This document shows, one piece after another, positions 41,019 to 52,609 of a stretch of 64,000 nt of DNA. Below the pieces are notes generated by a model. The model made no database searches, was not told the DNA's origin, and saw only the letters and a program-made list of their open reading frames with translations. Both the position numbers and the translations under genes were made by a program. Source of the DNA: Octopus vulgaris (Eukaryota); the NCBI GenBank assembly GCA_951406725.2, contig OX597823.1, positions 21,824,001 to 21,888,000 of the forward strand. Direction: 5' to 3'. Each line of letters opens with the position of its first letter. Position 1 is the stretch's first letter.

Positions 41019-41128
41019 CACAAATCCAAGTACTGATGCCATGGTAGCATTCTACCTCAGTTTTTACTTCAATCACTCACTCAATATACTTCCTCCTCTC
41101 TCTCTCTCACTCACTCTGTCTGTATATG

Positions 41129-41351
41129 TATGATGGGGATGCTGGAAAGTTCCTGGTTTTGGGTAAAAGAAAATACAGGAGGAGCAGCTAATTATGATTT
41201 TATTCAACATATTCCCTTCGTCAGATTTAGACACTTGTTGCAGCAGTCCTTCAGTTTTTCTAAGCCCTGTAAAAGAACATGGAAGGTTGGGCTTCCAACC
41301 AGGCCTTTCACAACACCCTTAAAGCCAGGAACTTTTCAGCATCCCCTCATA
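41129..41351. mobile_element. TA-type MITE
   Basis: TA-tgatggggatgctggaaagttcctgg ... ccaggaacttttcagcatcccctca-TA. Confidence 0.85.
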
Positions 41352-41360
41352 TGTATATAT

Positions 41361-41763
41361 ACTCTTTTACTTGTTTCAGTCATTTGACTGCGGCCATACT
41401 GGAGCACCGCCTTCTAGTCGAGTAAATCGACCCCAGGACTTATTCTTTGTAAGCCTAGTACTTATTCTATCAGTCTGTTTTGCTGAACTGCTAAGTTACA
41501 GGACGTAAACACACCACCATCGGTTGTCAAGCAATGGTGGGGGCACAAACACAGACACACAAACATATACACACATACACACATATATATACATATATAT
41601 GACGGGCTTCTTCCAGTTTCCGTCTACCAAATTCACTCACAAGGCTTTGGTCGGCCTGAGGCTATAGTAGAAGACACTTGCCCAAGGTGCCACGCAGTGG
41701 GAATGAACCCGGAACCAGGTGGTTGGTAAGCAAGATACTTACCACACAGCCACTTCTGCGCCT
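41361..41763 (-). mobile_element. SINE family A, full length
   Basis: Reverse complement of the family A consensus. Confidence 0.9.
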
Positions 41764-42060
41764 ATGTACGTACACAGGCATACACCTATATATTTTTCAA
41801 TGCTACCATTTTCAAAAGTAAAAAACAGTTTCTGTAAGTTTATTAAAAAATGCTAAGAAAATGGTGAAGAAATGCCATGTATCTGTCTCTCTTTTTCTCT
41901 CTTTACGTGACTAATGTGTTTGCACCTGGCTAGTTGTATGTTGCTCTCAGCAGAGTTGGGGATCCATCAGAAGTAAAGATTTTTGTTGGTCAGTCAATTT
42001 ACTATACCAAAGTCACATAGACACATCCCAATTATAAAGATGTTAAATTCACTAAAAATA

Positions 42061-42280
42061 CTCTTTTCTACTCCAGGCACAAGGCCCAAAATCTTTGGGG
42101 AGGTGGGGGGCAGTCGATTAGATCAACCCCAGTATACAACTGGTGCTTAATTTATCAACCCTAAAAGGATGGAAAGCAAAGTCAACTTTGTTGGAATTTG
42201 AACTCAGAATGTTAAGACAGACGAAATGCTGCTAAGCATTTCACCCGGTGTGCTAACGTTTCTGCCAGCTCGCCGCCTTC
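42061..42280 (-). mobile_element. SINE family B (tail type 2) with 15-bp TSD
   Basis: AATTCA(C/T)TAAAAATA at 42046-42060 and 42281-42295. Confidence 0.88.
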
Positions 42281-43205
42281 AATTCATTAAAAATATTGCA
42301 TACACAGACATTGCTTGATCATTAAAATCTTGTCTGCAGTTTCTTGCCTATAATGTTGCATATAGAAATAAAATGAGTTAAAAACTCACATGTATTCTGA
42401 TCTCTCTAACGTTTCTCTCATTTCAGTGTTCTGTACTTGCTCTTATTTGTTGTAGGCATAAAACAGTAGGTCATGCACTAGTTAATAATTATTTTTGACA
42501 TTCACAAAAGGCTACACGTTCAGTGGAAATATAGTTAATTAAATCAATCCTAGTACTTGGCTGGTGCTCATTTCAGCAAAGTTAATCCTGGCAGTATTTG
42601 AATTCAAAATGTAATGATATATAATTAAGTACTGCTAGGTATTTTCTCTGCCTTCCTATGAATTCTGCCATCCATAGATTTAATGTAAATTGTGCTGGGT
42701 TGCACTACTATATTTTGATTGTATACTATCCCCTCCACTGCTAATAAATTCAACTCCTGACTTTTTTCTGTCATCTTTGCCCTTTGAGTTCCATATCTCA
42801 TTCATTCATATCTATTTTTTTTTCTCACCTGATATCTCAGTTACTCACATTAACACATCTACACCTCTACCCCCCCCCCTTTCTAACCAACAATTACTCT
42901 TTCACTCATTTGAGTGTGAGAGAAAAGTAGCAAGAGTAATGATCCACTGGCCATATCCACTCTTATGCTCACCTTCTTGTACCTTGAGAGTTTGCTCTGG
43001 CACCCCGTCACAACCCTCTTTATTTTCTCCCCAGCTACTCATGTTTGTCCCTCAGTCTTATATCCGGCATAAATCCACCTCTCCCTCTCAAATATCCACC
43101 GTCCACTTTAAGGGTTTTTTTTTTTTATGGTTCTTTTTCTGTCTTACAAGTTACTTGCTGACCTTGCTAGTGCCAGTGCCGTGTTAAAAGCACCCAGTAC
43201 ACACT

Positions 43206-43267
43206 TATAGTGGTAAGTATCCCCGCCTGTCACGCGGGAGACCGGGGTTCGATTCCCCACCGGGGAG
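43206..43267 (+). pseudogene. 5'-truncated tRNA-Asp(GTC) copy
   Basis: TATAGTGGTAAGTATCCCCGCCTGTCACGCGGGAGACCGGGGTTCGATTCCCCACCGGGGAG matches the conserved metazoan tRNA-Asp from about nt 11 to the discriminator. Anticodon GTC at 43229-43231. The 5' acceptor strand is missing and there is no CCA. Confidence 0.92.
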
Positions 43268-43277
43268 GCTTGTATTT

Positions 43278-43510
43278 AAGGCGGCGAGCTGGCAGAAACG
43301 TTAGCACGTCGGACGAATTGCGTAGCCGTATTTCCTCTGCCGTTACGTTGTGAGTTCAAATTCCGCCGAGGTCGACTTTTCCTTTCATCCTTTCGGGGTC
43401 GATTAATTAAGTACCAGTTACACACTGAGGTTGATGTAATCGACTTAATACCTATGTCTGTCCTTGTTTGTCCCCTCTGTGTTTAGCCCCTTGTGGGTAA
43501 TAAAGAAATA
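43278..43510 (+). mobile_element. SINE family B (tRNA-like head, Nin/Deu-like central domain, tail type 1), full length
   Basis: Head aaggcggcgagctggcagaa...gagttcaaattcc (A/B boxes). Central cctttcatcctttcggggtcga...aagtaccag. Tail gtttagccccttgtgggtaataaagaaata. Confidence 0.88.
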
Positions 43511-43944
43511 GGTATTAAGAAGGACACCCAGTTGTAGAAACCATGCCAAAGCTGATGTATGGAAAATGGGTGTTGATTGATGATATCTATGCACAACTTC
43601 TTTGCTTACACATACTCAATAAGTTGTTGTTTAGTCCCAAGTCAGCCCTAATTATGCTGACTTTTGGTCAGAGGTGTTCCAGCCATAACCATCCTGTCTT
43701 ATTGTATGTATTTCTATGCTACATTGTTTCTCATTTCTTAAGACAGGAATATTATTTGAGGTTGGTTTGGCAACTATTTCAAGAAGGTCAAACAGGGACA
43801 TAAAAGATCTCTCTTCCCCTATGACAATCTCTTTTACTTATTCTGCTGTTTTCTCCTTTCATTGATGCAGTAAATGTCTTGCAACATATGAATTGGGCTC
43901 AATATACATGCTTTAATCACTTGCATAGGTATACTTGTTTACCT

Positions 43945-44500
43945 AGCTGCACCTGTTCACTAGCATGTGTATACTTGTTCACTAGCATTATGTGCACTTG
44001 TTCACTGACGTATGCATGCTTGTTCACTGGTTTGCGTGCTTGTCCACCGGCATGCACACATTTGTTCACTGGCATATGTGCAGTTGTTCAGACATGTGCA
44101 CAGTTGTTCAGACATGCGAGCACTTCACCGACATGCGAGCACTTGTTCAGCGACATGCGAGCACTTGTTCACCGACATGCGAGCACTTGTTCACTGACAT
44201 GTGAGCACCTGTTCACTGACATGCGAGCACTTGTGCACCGACGTGCGAGCACTTGTGCACCGACGTGCGAGCACTTGTGCACCGACGTGCGAGAACTTGT
44301 GCACCGACGTGCGAGCACTTGTGCACCGACGTGCGAGCACTTGTGCACCGACGTGCGAGCACTTGTGCACCGACGTGCGAGCACTTGTGCACCGACGTGC
44401 GAGAACTTGTGCACCGACGTGCGAGCACTTGTGCACCGACGTGCGAGCACTTGTGCACCGACGTGCGAGCACTTGTTCACTGGCATGTGTATGCTTGTTT
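43945..44500. repeat. 22-bp minisatellite (GCGAGCACTTGTGCACCGACGT)
   Basis: About 11 near-perfect units at about 44223-44470, with degenerate units on both flanks. Confidence 0.95.
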
Positions 44501-44580
44501 ATATACATGTATGCACACATTTGCATCCATGATTGAAATTTTGCTGATATGCTCAATCATATTCTTGCTTGCTCACGCAT

Positions 44581-44617
<37 letters not shown>

Positions 44618-45014
44618 CCAATATACATGTAATTAATCAACCAGTAACACATATGTGCATGTTATATTTAATTGGTTACTCATTTCACTTCAACTAAATT
44701 TCTTTTCCTATTGCTACAAAAGAGGTGTAAGACTAAAATACCATTAGTACTGCTACATTTGCTGAAACTGAATCATGGGAACTTGCTCTTGCTATATTCC
44801 TAGTAATAATTGCTGTTAATTTTCTCTTGGTATTTTAATTACAGTTTGGCTATTGAGGATTGTATTTTTTTTTCCTGGTTAAATATGAAACTATAGTATG
44901 GTTTGTCGTGATATATATAAGTTCTGGACAAACCTATGTATCAAACGTTTTAGTTTCCATAATTTATTGGTGTATAAGGGTGTATTTGTATGCATATATA
45001 TATGCATATATATA

Positions 45015-45520
45015 ATCATCATCATCATCCTTTAACGTCCACTTTCCATGTTAGCGTCAGGCTCCAATCTGATTTGGCAGAGCTTCCACGGCTGGATGCC
45101 CTTCCTAACACCAACCACTCCGAGAGTGTAGTGGTTGCTTTTACGTGCCACCTGCATGAGGGCCAGTCTGGCGGTACTGGCTATGGCCACGCTCGAAATG
45201 GTGTTTCTTTATGTGTCACCTGCCCAGGAGTCAGTCCAGCGGCACTGGCAATGACCTCGCTCGAATGTTTTGTTCACGTGCCAGTAAGGCGACGCTGGTA
45301 ACGATCACGCTCAAGTGGTGCTTTTTATGTGCCCACCACTGCTCTGGCAATGATCCTGCTTGGATGGAGCTGTTAGAGCTCCACTGGCACGGGTGCCAGA
45401 CATTGAATTTGGTTCAATTTCGATTTCACTTACGCCAACAGGTCTTCGCAAGCAGAGCTTAGTGTCCAATGAAGGGATGTTGGCATGGGTGCCAGTTGTT
45501 GAATTTGGTTCGATTTTGAA
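45015..45520 (-). mobile_element. Family C repeat with (ATG)n tail (LINE-tail/SINE-like)
   Basis: catcatcatcatcctttaacgtccactttccatg...ggctggatgcccttcctaacaccaacc. Homologous to 14362-14548 and 33985-34185. Confidence 0.65.
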
Positions 45521-46882
45521 TTCAGTATATATATTCACACACACACACACACACAGAGGATACATCTATTTTTCCATGCTGACATATGTAGAGTGGGTTA
45601 TTGTGGTCTATATAATTTGTGCAGGCAAGAAGAGAAAAAAAAAACCCCAACCGGCTTTGGTGATGTGTATTTCTTTGTGTGGATTCAGTTTGTTTTATGT
45701 CACTGGCACTATGGAAATTGTTTCATATGAAGAGGAGTAAATAGCCCATGCTATTCACTTTAAGTTCTTCTTGAAAGTTACTGCCATACTAGTGGGACAA
45801 CCTTGTGATGCATCTTGCAAAGTTCACTTCCTATTCATCGTTGCTGAATGCGCAGACTCGGTGGTAATTTGATTTGGCTTGGCATATTGGTTGTTTCTAT
45901 TGTGTAGATAGATAGGTAGGGGCTGCAAAGTTATCCTGGGTATGAGTGAGGCTGTCTCCAAGCCAGTTAGTATATAGGTTTATCAATGAGTTATATCAAA
46001 GCTTTCATATTTGGTGACCAAGGCAGGTGGGTATTTATACTATTCTATACTAAATCAGCATTGATATGAAACAATCCTAGCTTTCTAACTTCTTTCTTTC
46101 TCTCTAAATGTGTGTGTGTGTTGGAATGATACAAACATAACTCCCCTTGTATTTTTCTCATATCCTTAAAAAACTTCCTCATTTATATCAAATTTCAGTC
46201 TGTTTTTTTTTATATTTTTTACCTTTGAATTGAAGTGAAGCAGTACAACTGTTTTAGCTATGAGATCATATTGAAAATAAGATGATACAAGGAGTTAATT
46301 AAAAGTCTCATATTGCAACTAAAATAATTAACAACACTGGAGAGAAAAGCAACAATAGTCTGAGGTTGGGCTCCATGATGTAGGTAGTGAGAGATGGACA
46401 TTTAGGTGCTGAATGGGGTCTGCTAAATATGGAGCAACAAATAAATGGTAGCAACAAATAAAACTTTGATTTTACATTTTCTAAACTATTAAGTGTTTAA
46501 ATGTCTACAGTCTCTTACTTCTGAATATTAGGCCTCTCAATACCAACCTGCCTGAGACTGCCAATATTCATGTTGAAATTAAAATCTCAATTGAAATGTC
46601 ATAATTTCATGGATGAAAATGATATTTTGTTGTGTTGCCTTCATCTTTTATTGTTAAACACCATCCTCATTTATTTTTCAGTAAACATCTTTTGGGTTAT
46701 ATTCCAAACACCACCTTAATAGAATATTGTTTTGCTCCTGAATCCTTGGAAGTTCTGTTTGCTTCAGTTAAATGTCATAATAATTCAGAACTTTAGTACC
46801 AAAAAGTTTTAAACTCAACTTTTTGACAAAAATCTTTTGATTTCTTTAATACAATTTTCATCCTCCGTTTCTCTCTTTACAG

Positions 46883-47034
46883 CTGCCTTCCTGACTCAGA
46901 CAGTTTGTCTTGATGATACTACAGTAAAGTTTGAAATTTGGGACACAGCTGGACAAGAACGATATCACAGTCTTGCTCCAATGTACTACAGAGGAGCCCA
47001 AGCTGCAATTGTGGTCTACGATATAACAAATCAG
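46883..47034 (+). CDS. Rab5: Rab5 coding exon 2 (152 nt)
   Basis: Acceptor ctctctttacag. Encodes (A)[50 protein letters not shown] with IGAAF effector region and WDTAGQE. Donor GTAAGC at 47035. Confidence 0.98.
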
Positions 47035-47620
47035 GTAAGCCTTCTTGGTTTTTAATCAATGGCTTGTTGAAACATTTTAGTTATTGCTGCATAGCCCTGG
47101 TCAGCTTTGATTGAGTCTACTTATAACATGTAGGGTGTCTGCAAAGTGACCAGGTGTATTATGTCTCTGCCTCTTTTATAGGACAAGAGATGCTGTGTGG
47201 GCATGTTATATTCTCTTCACTTTGTTTCTACACACTTCGTGATTCTGGTAAACGAGATGGGCTCTGCCAGAACAGTGCGGTAGCTGGTGCTGCTCCTCTA
47301 CACTTACCATTCAGTGGTGTGCATACCACCCAACCCAATGATTAGATCAGTTAGGGTTGTTTGCTGTTGCAGGACAGATAGTGTTTCTAGGATAATGTTG
47401 AAGATGTGTCTTGGTGTTTCAGGATTAATTTTTCATGTAAATAGCTGGAATTGCAAGGATTTGAAACCTGCTTCAGCAACAGTTGTGCATGTGTTTGTGG
47501 TATTTAAAAAATTATCAACCCATGATTGCATGAGGCCACCTGACCCATGCAAACATGGGAAAGTGGATGTTAAAACAATGAAGATGATGATATTAGCTGT
47601 GGTGATGATGGTGGCCATCA

Positions 47621-48470
47621 TAAGGTTGGTGCAAAAATAATCAGTTTTAACCATCACCTTTAAAACAGTGTATCTCAGTTTTATTAATCATAACCATCAG
47701 AATCTGCTCATTTTTGCCAACAAGAGAAAAAATATATAGCACAGAATTTTTGAAGTCCTAGAACTGATGAATTCTTTGTAGTGTTTTGAGCTGCTGCTTG
47801 TTTAGTAAAGACATTCTTATACAGGAAGTTGTCAAGATGCTTGAAAAAAATAGTGATTAGTTGGAGAAAGATCTTGGGAACAACCTGTATGTAGTAGTTT
47901 CATGGCTGATTATGTTTAATTTTTGCTCAAACATAAGTGGGATATGATAGTCGGGTATTGTAATGGAGAAGAATTGGTTCTTTTTGATTGACCAGTCAGT
48001 GGTTGATGTAAATGTTGCAGTTTGTCTATTTCTTGATTGTATTTCTTTGTCGTGATGGTTTTTGCCTGGATTCAAGAAATTGCAGTGAATGATTCCATTT
48101 GGCTACAACGAAACAGTGGTCACGAGTGTTGTGGTGCTTTAGCTCAGTCCAATTACTGCACAGTGTATTCAGTTGTTGTACAGAATATGGTTTCTGTTCA
48201 GATGTGATTAAAAATCAAAATGGATAGCTTTTGTTAAGCAAAAGAAACAGCAGATTTAGGTATTAGTGGGGAGTCTCTTTTTTTCTTTTTGTCCAGCTTA
48301 TGTAACATCCTCTTGTTGGGCTATTTTAATTTTCCAGTACAGTACAGATGATCAACATTTAGTTCATCTGCAACCTCTTGTTCATATATTTTTTTTTCTG
48401 GCACAGATTGGATGGCTCCGTTCTGGCATAGTGCCTTGCCTTGCCTTGCCTTTTGCCATCTGCTACACAT
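47621..48470 (-). mobile_element. Decayed mariner transposon (Hsmar1/cecropia-like)
   Basis: TIR TAAGGTTGGTGCAAAAATAAT. Reverse-strand translation GIIHCNFLNPG-TITTKKYNQEID and FFKHLDNFL-like segments. Confidence 0.8.
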
Positions 48471-48699
48471 GACATCAGAGAAAGCTACTGATCTTTGTTA
48501 TATTTTTTTGACATGTGAGTTACTGTTGGATGCCCTTCATATCCCACATCCCCTTTACTGTGCGAATTAGGTGCATTATATTACATCATTAGCACTACAG
48601 TTGTCAGCACCAGATTTGGACATTTTACTCTTCTAGATGCAGCCACTTTCCCTGTGGCCTGTGGAGTCTCTGTGCAGCTAGTGTTGAACCCTCTACACA

Positions 48700-48759
48700 T
48701 ACAGTTAGATTGTATAGAGCGCTCAACTTTACAGTTAGATTGTATAGAGCGCTCAACTT
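48700..48759 (+). repeat. Perfect 30-bp tandem duplication
   Basis: TACAGTTAGATTGTATAGAGCGCTCAACTT twice. Confidence 0.95.
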
Positions 48760-50294
48760 CCTACTTGAGTTACCTTCCATACAACTGAGAAGCTATCTGT
48801 CAAATGATGTTGGAGTAGGTTTAACTATGTAATGGCTCTTTATGGCTGTCTAAAACTTGGGGAATGTTAGCTTCCATGTTGTGGTGAGGAGTGAGTCTTT
48901 GTTATAACTACACCAAGAGCTCATTGCAGAACTCTCAGGTTGCCAATGTTAGTCTGAGGCTTCTGGCAATCAGTGTCTCTTATCATTGAAAACTCGGGTT
49001 AACTTCCAAAGGAACTTAGTATTAGATTGAAAGGGTTTGGGCATAGTTTGTCAGGAAAATTGAAGGCATCTAGAGACACATGTGCTTCTGAAGCCTATAT
49101 TGTTAATTTGGAAACTTACAAAATCATAATGGACATTATTAATAAATTGTAGATAGTAAACACTCAGTATAGCCATAATGTGATGGTAGTATTGCATGCA
49201 CCATAAAGCAGCTCATGTCCTTCAATCTGAGGCATTTAAATAAGAGAAATGAAATTATATTAACCTGCTTAATTCAAATATAGAAAGATAGCCTACAGTG
49301 GTAACTGAGGAAATGAGGCTGTTTCCTTGAAACTAGGTAGTGGATTCCAGTTTAGCTTTCAAGCAGACTTGTGATGAATTAATGGCAGCTGGGTCTATGT
49401 TGTCAAGGACAGTGGGAAAAGAAAGTCTGAGGGCTTGGTTTACACTTTCAAAATCAGTGGAAAGATGGTGAGGCAGACTATCTTCGCAGGTATATTTTGC
49501 TGCCTGTCATTTCTAAATATTTATAATTTGTGTATAAATATATAACATCAACCACTTAACTGTGTCTATCTACATCATTTTACAGCCATTTTTCCATGCT
49601 TGCATGGGTTAGACAGGTTTTATCCAGAACAATTTTTCACCTCGTTTCTTATGCCCTCACTCTAAAGAGTTATTCAGGTTACACAACACTATGGAAGATA
49701 GGTATACAACATGGGAAGAGTGAAAGGGTGAACAACTAATTCAACAGTGCTTTCAGAATGCCTTCACCCTTAAGTGTCTTTAGATAATCCCAACGTTCCT
49801 TGATAGTTTTGTGAAGACACTAACACCAACTCTGAAAACCATTTGGATAAATTGTTTACAAAGCCATCTGTTCATTACTTGAGTGAGCCTGAAGATGATT
49901 TCCATAACATTTAATTGTGAGTGCAGATGCTAAAGAGGCGTCTTCATTTAGTCTGATGAAACCCATCCATGTCTTACGTTGACTCTTTATATGGGTTAGT
50001 CAAAGAAGAAATGGCAATGCTCATGACACTTTTCAAGATCTCTGACTGAAAGGAGGTATTTATCCTCAGAGTAGAGGCTGAAAGGCTTGCAATGGAGTGG
50101 ATTCAACTAAAGGCATGCAAAGGCCAGGTGACAGTGCTAAATCAAGCTGCAGATTAAATCTGTTATCCAAGAACAAGACCAGTCCTTCCAACCAGCTTCT
50201 ACAACTTCCATTTACCATATTTCACTTGCATAGCTTTTTCATAAACACTTAACTTTTTGTTGGCTCAAAGTTTCGTGATTAATGTGTTTAATAT

Positions 50295-50466
50295 AGGCGC
50301 AGGAGTGGCTGTGTGATAAGTAGCTTGCTAACCAACCACATGGTTCCGGGTTCAGTCCCACTGCGTGGCATCTTGGGCAAGTGCCTTCTGCTATAGCCCC
50401 GGGCCGACCAATGCCTTGTGAGTGGATTTGGTAGACAGAAACTGAAAGAAGCCTGTCGTATATATG

Positions 50467-50497
<31 letters not shown>

Positions 50498-50697
50498 TTG
50501 TCACCCTAGCATTGCTTGACAACTGATGCTGGTGTGTTTACGTCCCCGTCACTTAGCGGTTCGGCAAAAGAGACCGATAGAATAAGTACTGGGCTTACAA
50601 AGAATAAGTTCCGGGGTCGAGTTGCTCGACTAAAGGCGGTGCTCCAGCATGGCCGCAGTCAACTGACTGAAACAAGTAAAAGAGTAAAAGAGTAAAA
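50295..50697 (+). mobile_element. SINE family A, young full-length copy
   Basis: aggcgcaggagtggctgtgtg...(gagtaaaa)n tail, with CpGs retained. Confidence 0.92.
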
Positions 50698-50759
50698 TGT
50701 ATAAACTAACAGAATTGTGAATAAGTTGACTGCTCTGTCTTTGATATTTCCTTGTGTAA

Positions 50760-51600
50760 AGCATACTGGCTGATTGGTTGTTTTGGATGAGAAATGCTTT
50801 TGTGCATAACGTTGCCTGGAAGACCTACCTTCCCAACCACAGCAGAATCAGCTGATCCTTTACCAAGATGATTTAAACCAACTTGGTGGAATCCTCCAAG
50901 CCATCACACCTTAACCCAAGTGCCACAGACTGTAGCACATTTGGTGAGGAAAAAAAAAAAACAACCCTTTCACACTGTGTATAATTAATACTCTTTAACT
51001 CTCCATCTCCACAACCCCAGTTTCACAATCTCCCTGATCACTCTCCTTGATCACTCTCAGTTAATACAACATCTCTTCAAAAGGTGCACTTTCCAATTTA
51101 CAATTAGCCCTAGTTCTTTTTAAAACAAATTTTGAACCCTTCCTCCTCCTCCAAAAAGGGAACACCTCCAAACCTGCAAGTTATTAACCTATTTGCTCAT
51201 ATATCCAACATCTCAAAAGTGAATGAAATGGATGTTAATGGCCTCCTTCATCACTTTGTCTATTTTTCTCTTCAATCACCATCAGATCTATTAAAGATTT
51301 GCTCTTCTGTGTCACTCATGAGTAATTGTTCACTCTTGAAAATTTTAAGTCATTTAGTTGTACCTGATATCAAGCAATTCCTTTGACATAAGAACTTCCT
51401 GGCTAAGTTGTCTTCTGTCTCTCATTTCTTGATCAGAAATCTCTTTGTCAAACTACACTGTGCCAATAGAGCCTCTGTCCCACACACTTGCAGACACCAA
51501 GGTTTGGTAATGTCTCCAACACCTTTCCTTCTCTATTGTAATGAACTATTTAATGTCTCTTTTGTACGCTCTCTCTCTCTCATATTTCACTGATCTTGCA
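50760..51600 (+). mobile_element. Decayed CR1/Jockey-group LINE RT fragment
   Basis: QGLVMSPTPFLLYCNELF (PQGSVLSPTLFLLFINDL motif), ISNISKV and a DISKAFD-like remnant. Confidence 0.6.
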
Positions 51601-52001
51601 TTGCCCATTGAACATGATGGAGAATTTCAAGTAATAAAATTTTTAAAATTCTGTAAATATCCAAGATTGTAGACAAATGACAATTATTTAAATTTAAACG
51701 CAATAAATGATTTTATGAAAAATAATTGAGAATTTTGCAGCACTTGCATCTTTCCACCCTGATCTATGAATGCTTTGAAATTATTATTCAAGAAACAATT
51801 ATTTCTGAGTTCGCCAGGAAATCTATTTCTTCTCAGATATGGTGGTAGTATTTAATCGAAAAAAACCCTTTTATTCTTCTAATGAATATATTAAATGTTT
51901 CTATCCTTGCTACTTATTGTCATGTGTGTATCTGTATGTAATTATCAGTGTCAATGTTAGTTCAGCAGTGAAATATTATTTTCTCCTTTTTGTCTACACA
52001 G

Positions 52002-52124
52002 GATACTTTTAGTCGAGCTAAATCTTGGGTAAAGGAATTGCAGCGACAAGCCAGTCCAAATATTGTTATAGCTTTAGCAGGGAACAAGGCTGATCTTGCA
52101 AACAAACGAATGGTAGAAAATGAG
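52002..52124 (+). CDS. Rab5: Rab5 coding exon 3 (123 nt; not in the ORF track)
   Basis: Acceptor tttttgtctacacag. Encodes [41 protein letters not shown] with the G4 NKxD motif. Donor GTAGGT at 52125. Confidence 0.97.
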
Positions 52125-52380
52125 GTAGGTTAAATCATTTTCTACATAAGCTTTTTCTGGGGTTTTTTTTTTTTTTCCTATTTTTCTTTATCTGTATGTA
52201 ATTGTCTGTTTAATATCATGAACGTAATTGCAAAACCTGAGAAAATTACGTATTCTTTGTTCAATTTTGTTGTGTTCTTCGTCTCTGAAAATTTCGGTTT
52301 TGATTCTACCCAAATTTTTAAACAAATGTAAAATAAGTACTTAAACATATGCAGTAGTTAGTGACAGAGAAATAAATATA

Positions 52381-52609
52381 TATTTCTTTACTACCCACAA
52401 GGGGCTAAACACAGAGGGGACAAACAAGGACAGACAAACAGATTAAGTCGATTATACTGACCCCAGTGTGTAACTGGTACTAAATTTATCGACCCCGAAA
52501 GGATGAAAGGCAAAGTCGACCACGGCGGAAATTGAATTTAGAACCTAACTGCAGATGAAATACGGCTACGCATTTTGCCCGGCATGCTGACGTTTCTGCC
52601 AGCTTGCCG
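52381..52609 (-). mobile_element. SINE family B (tail type 1), followed by a TTAA MITE at about 52625-52836
   Basis: tatttctttactacccacaaggggctaaac...tctgccagcttgccg. Confidence 0.88.

Noticed and set aside
43206-43267. Functional tRNA-Asp gene
   Set aside because: The 5' acceptor strand and part of the A box are missing, the T-stem has a mismatch, and there is no oligo-T terminator.
43879-44636. Long Cys/His-rich ORFs (up to 217 aa) resembling zinc-finger or metallothionein proteins, and a CRISPR-like look
   Set aside because: These are translations of a stop-free 22-bp tandem repeat that is open in several frames on both strands. There are no unique spacers, so it is not CRISPR.
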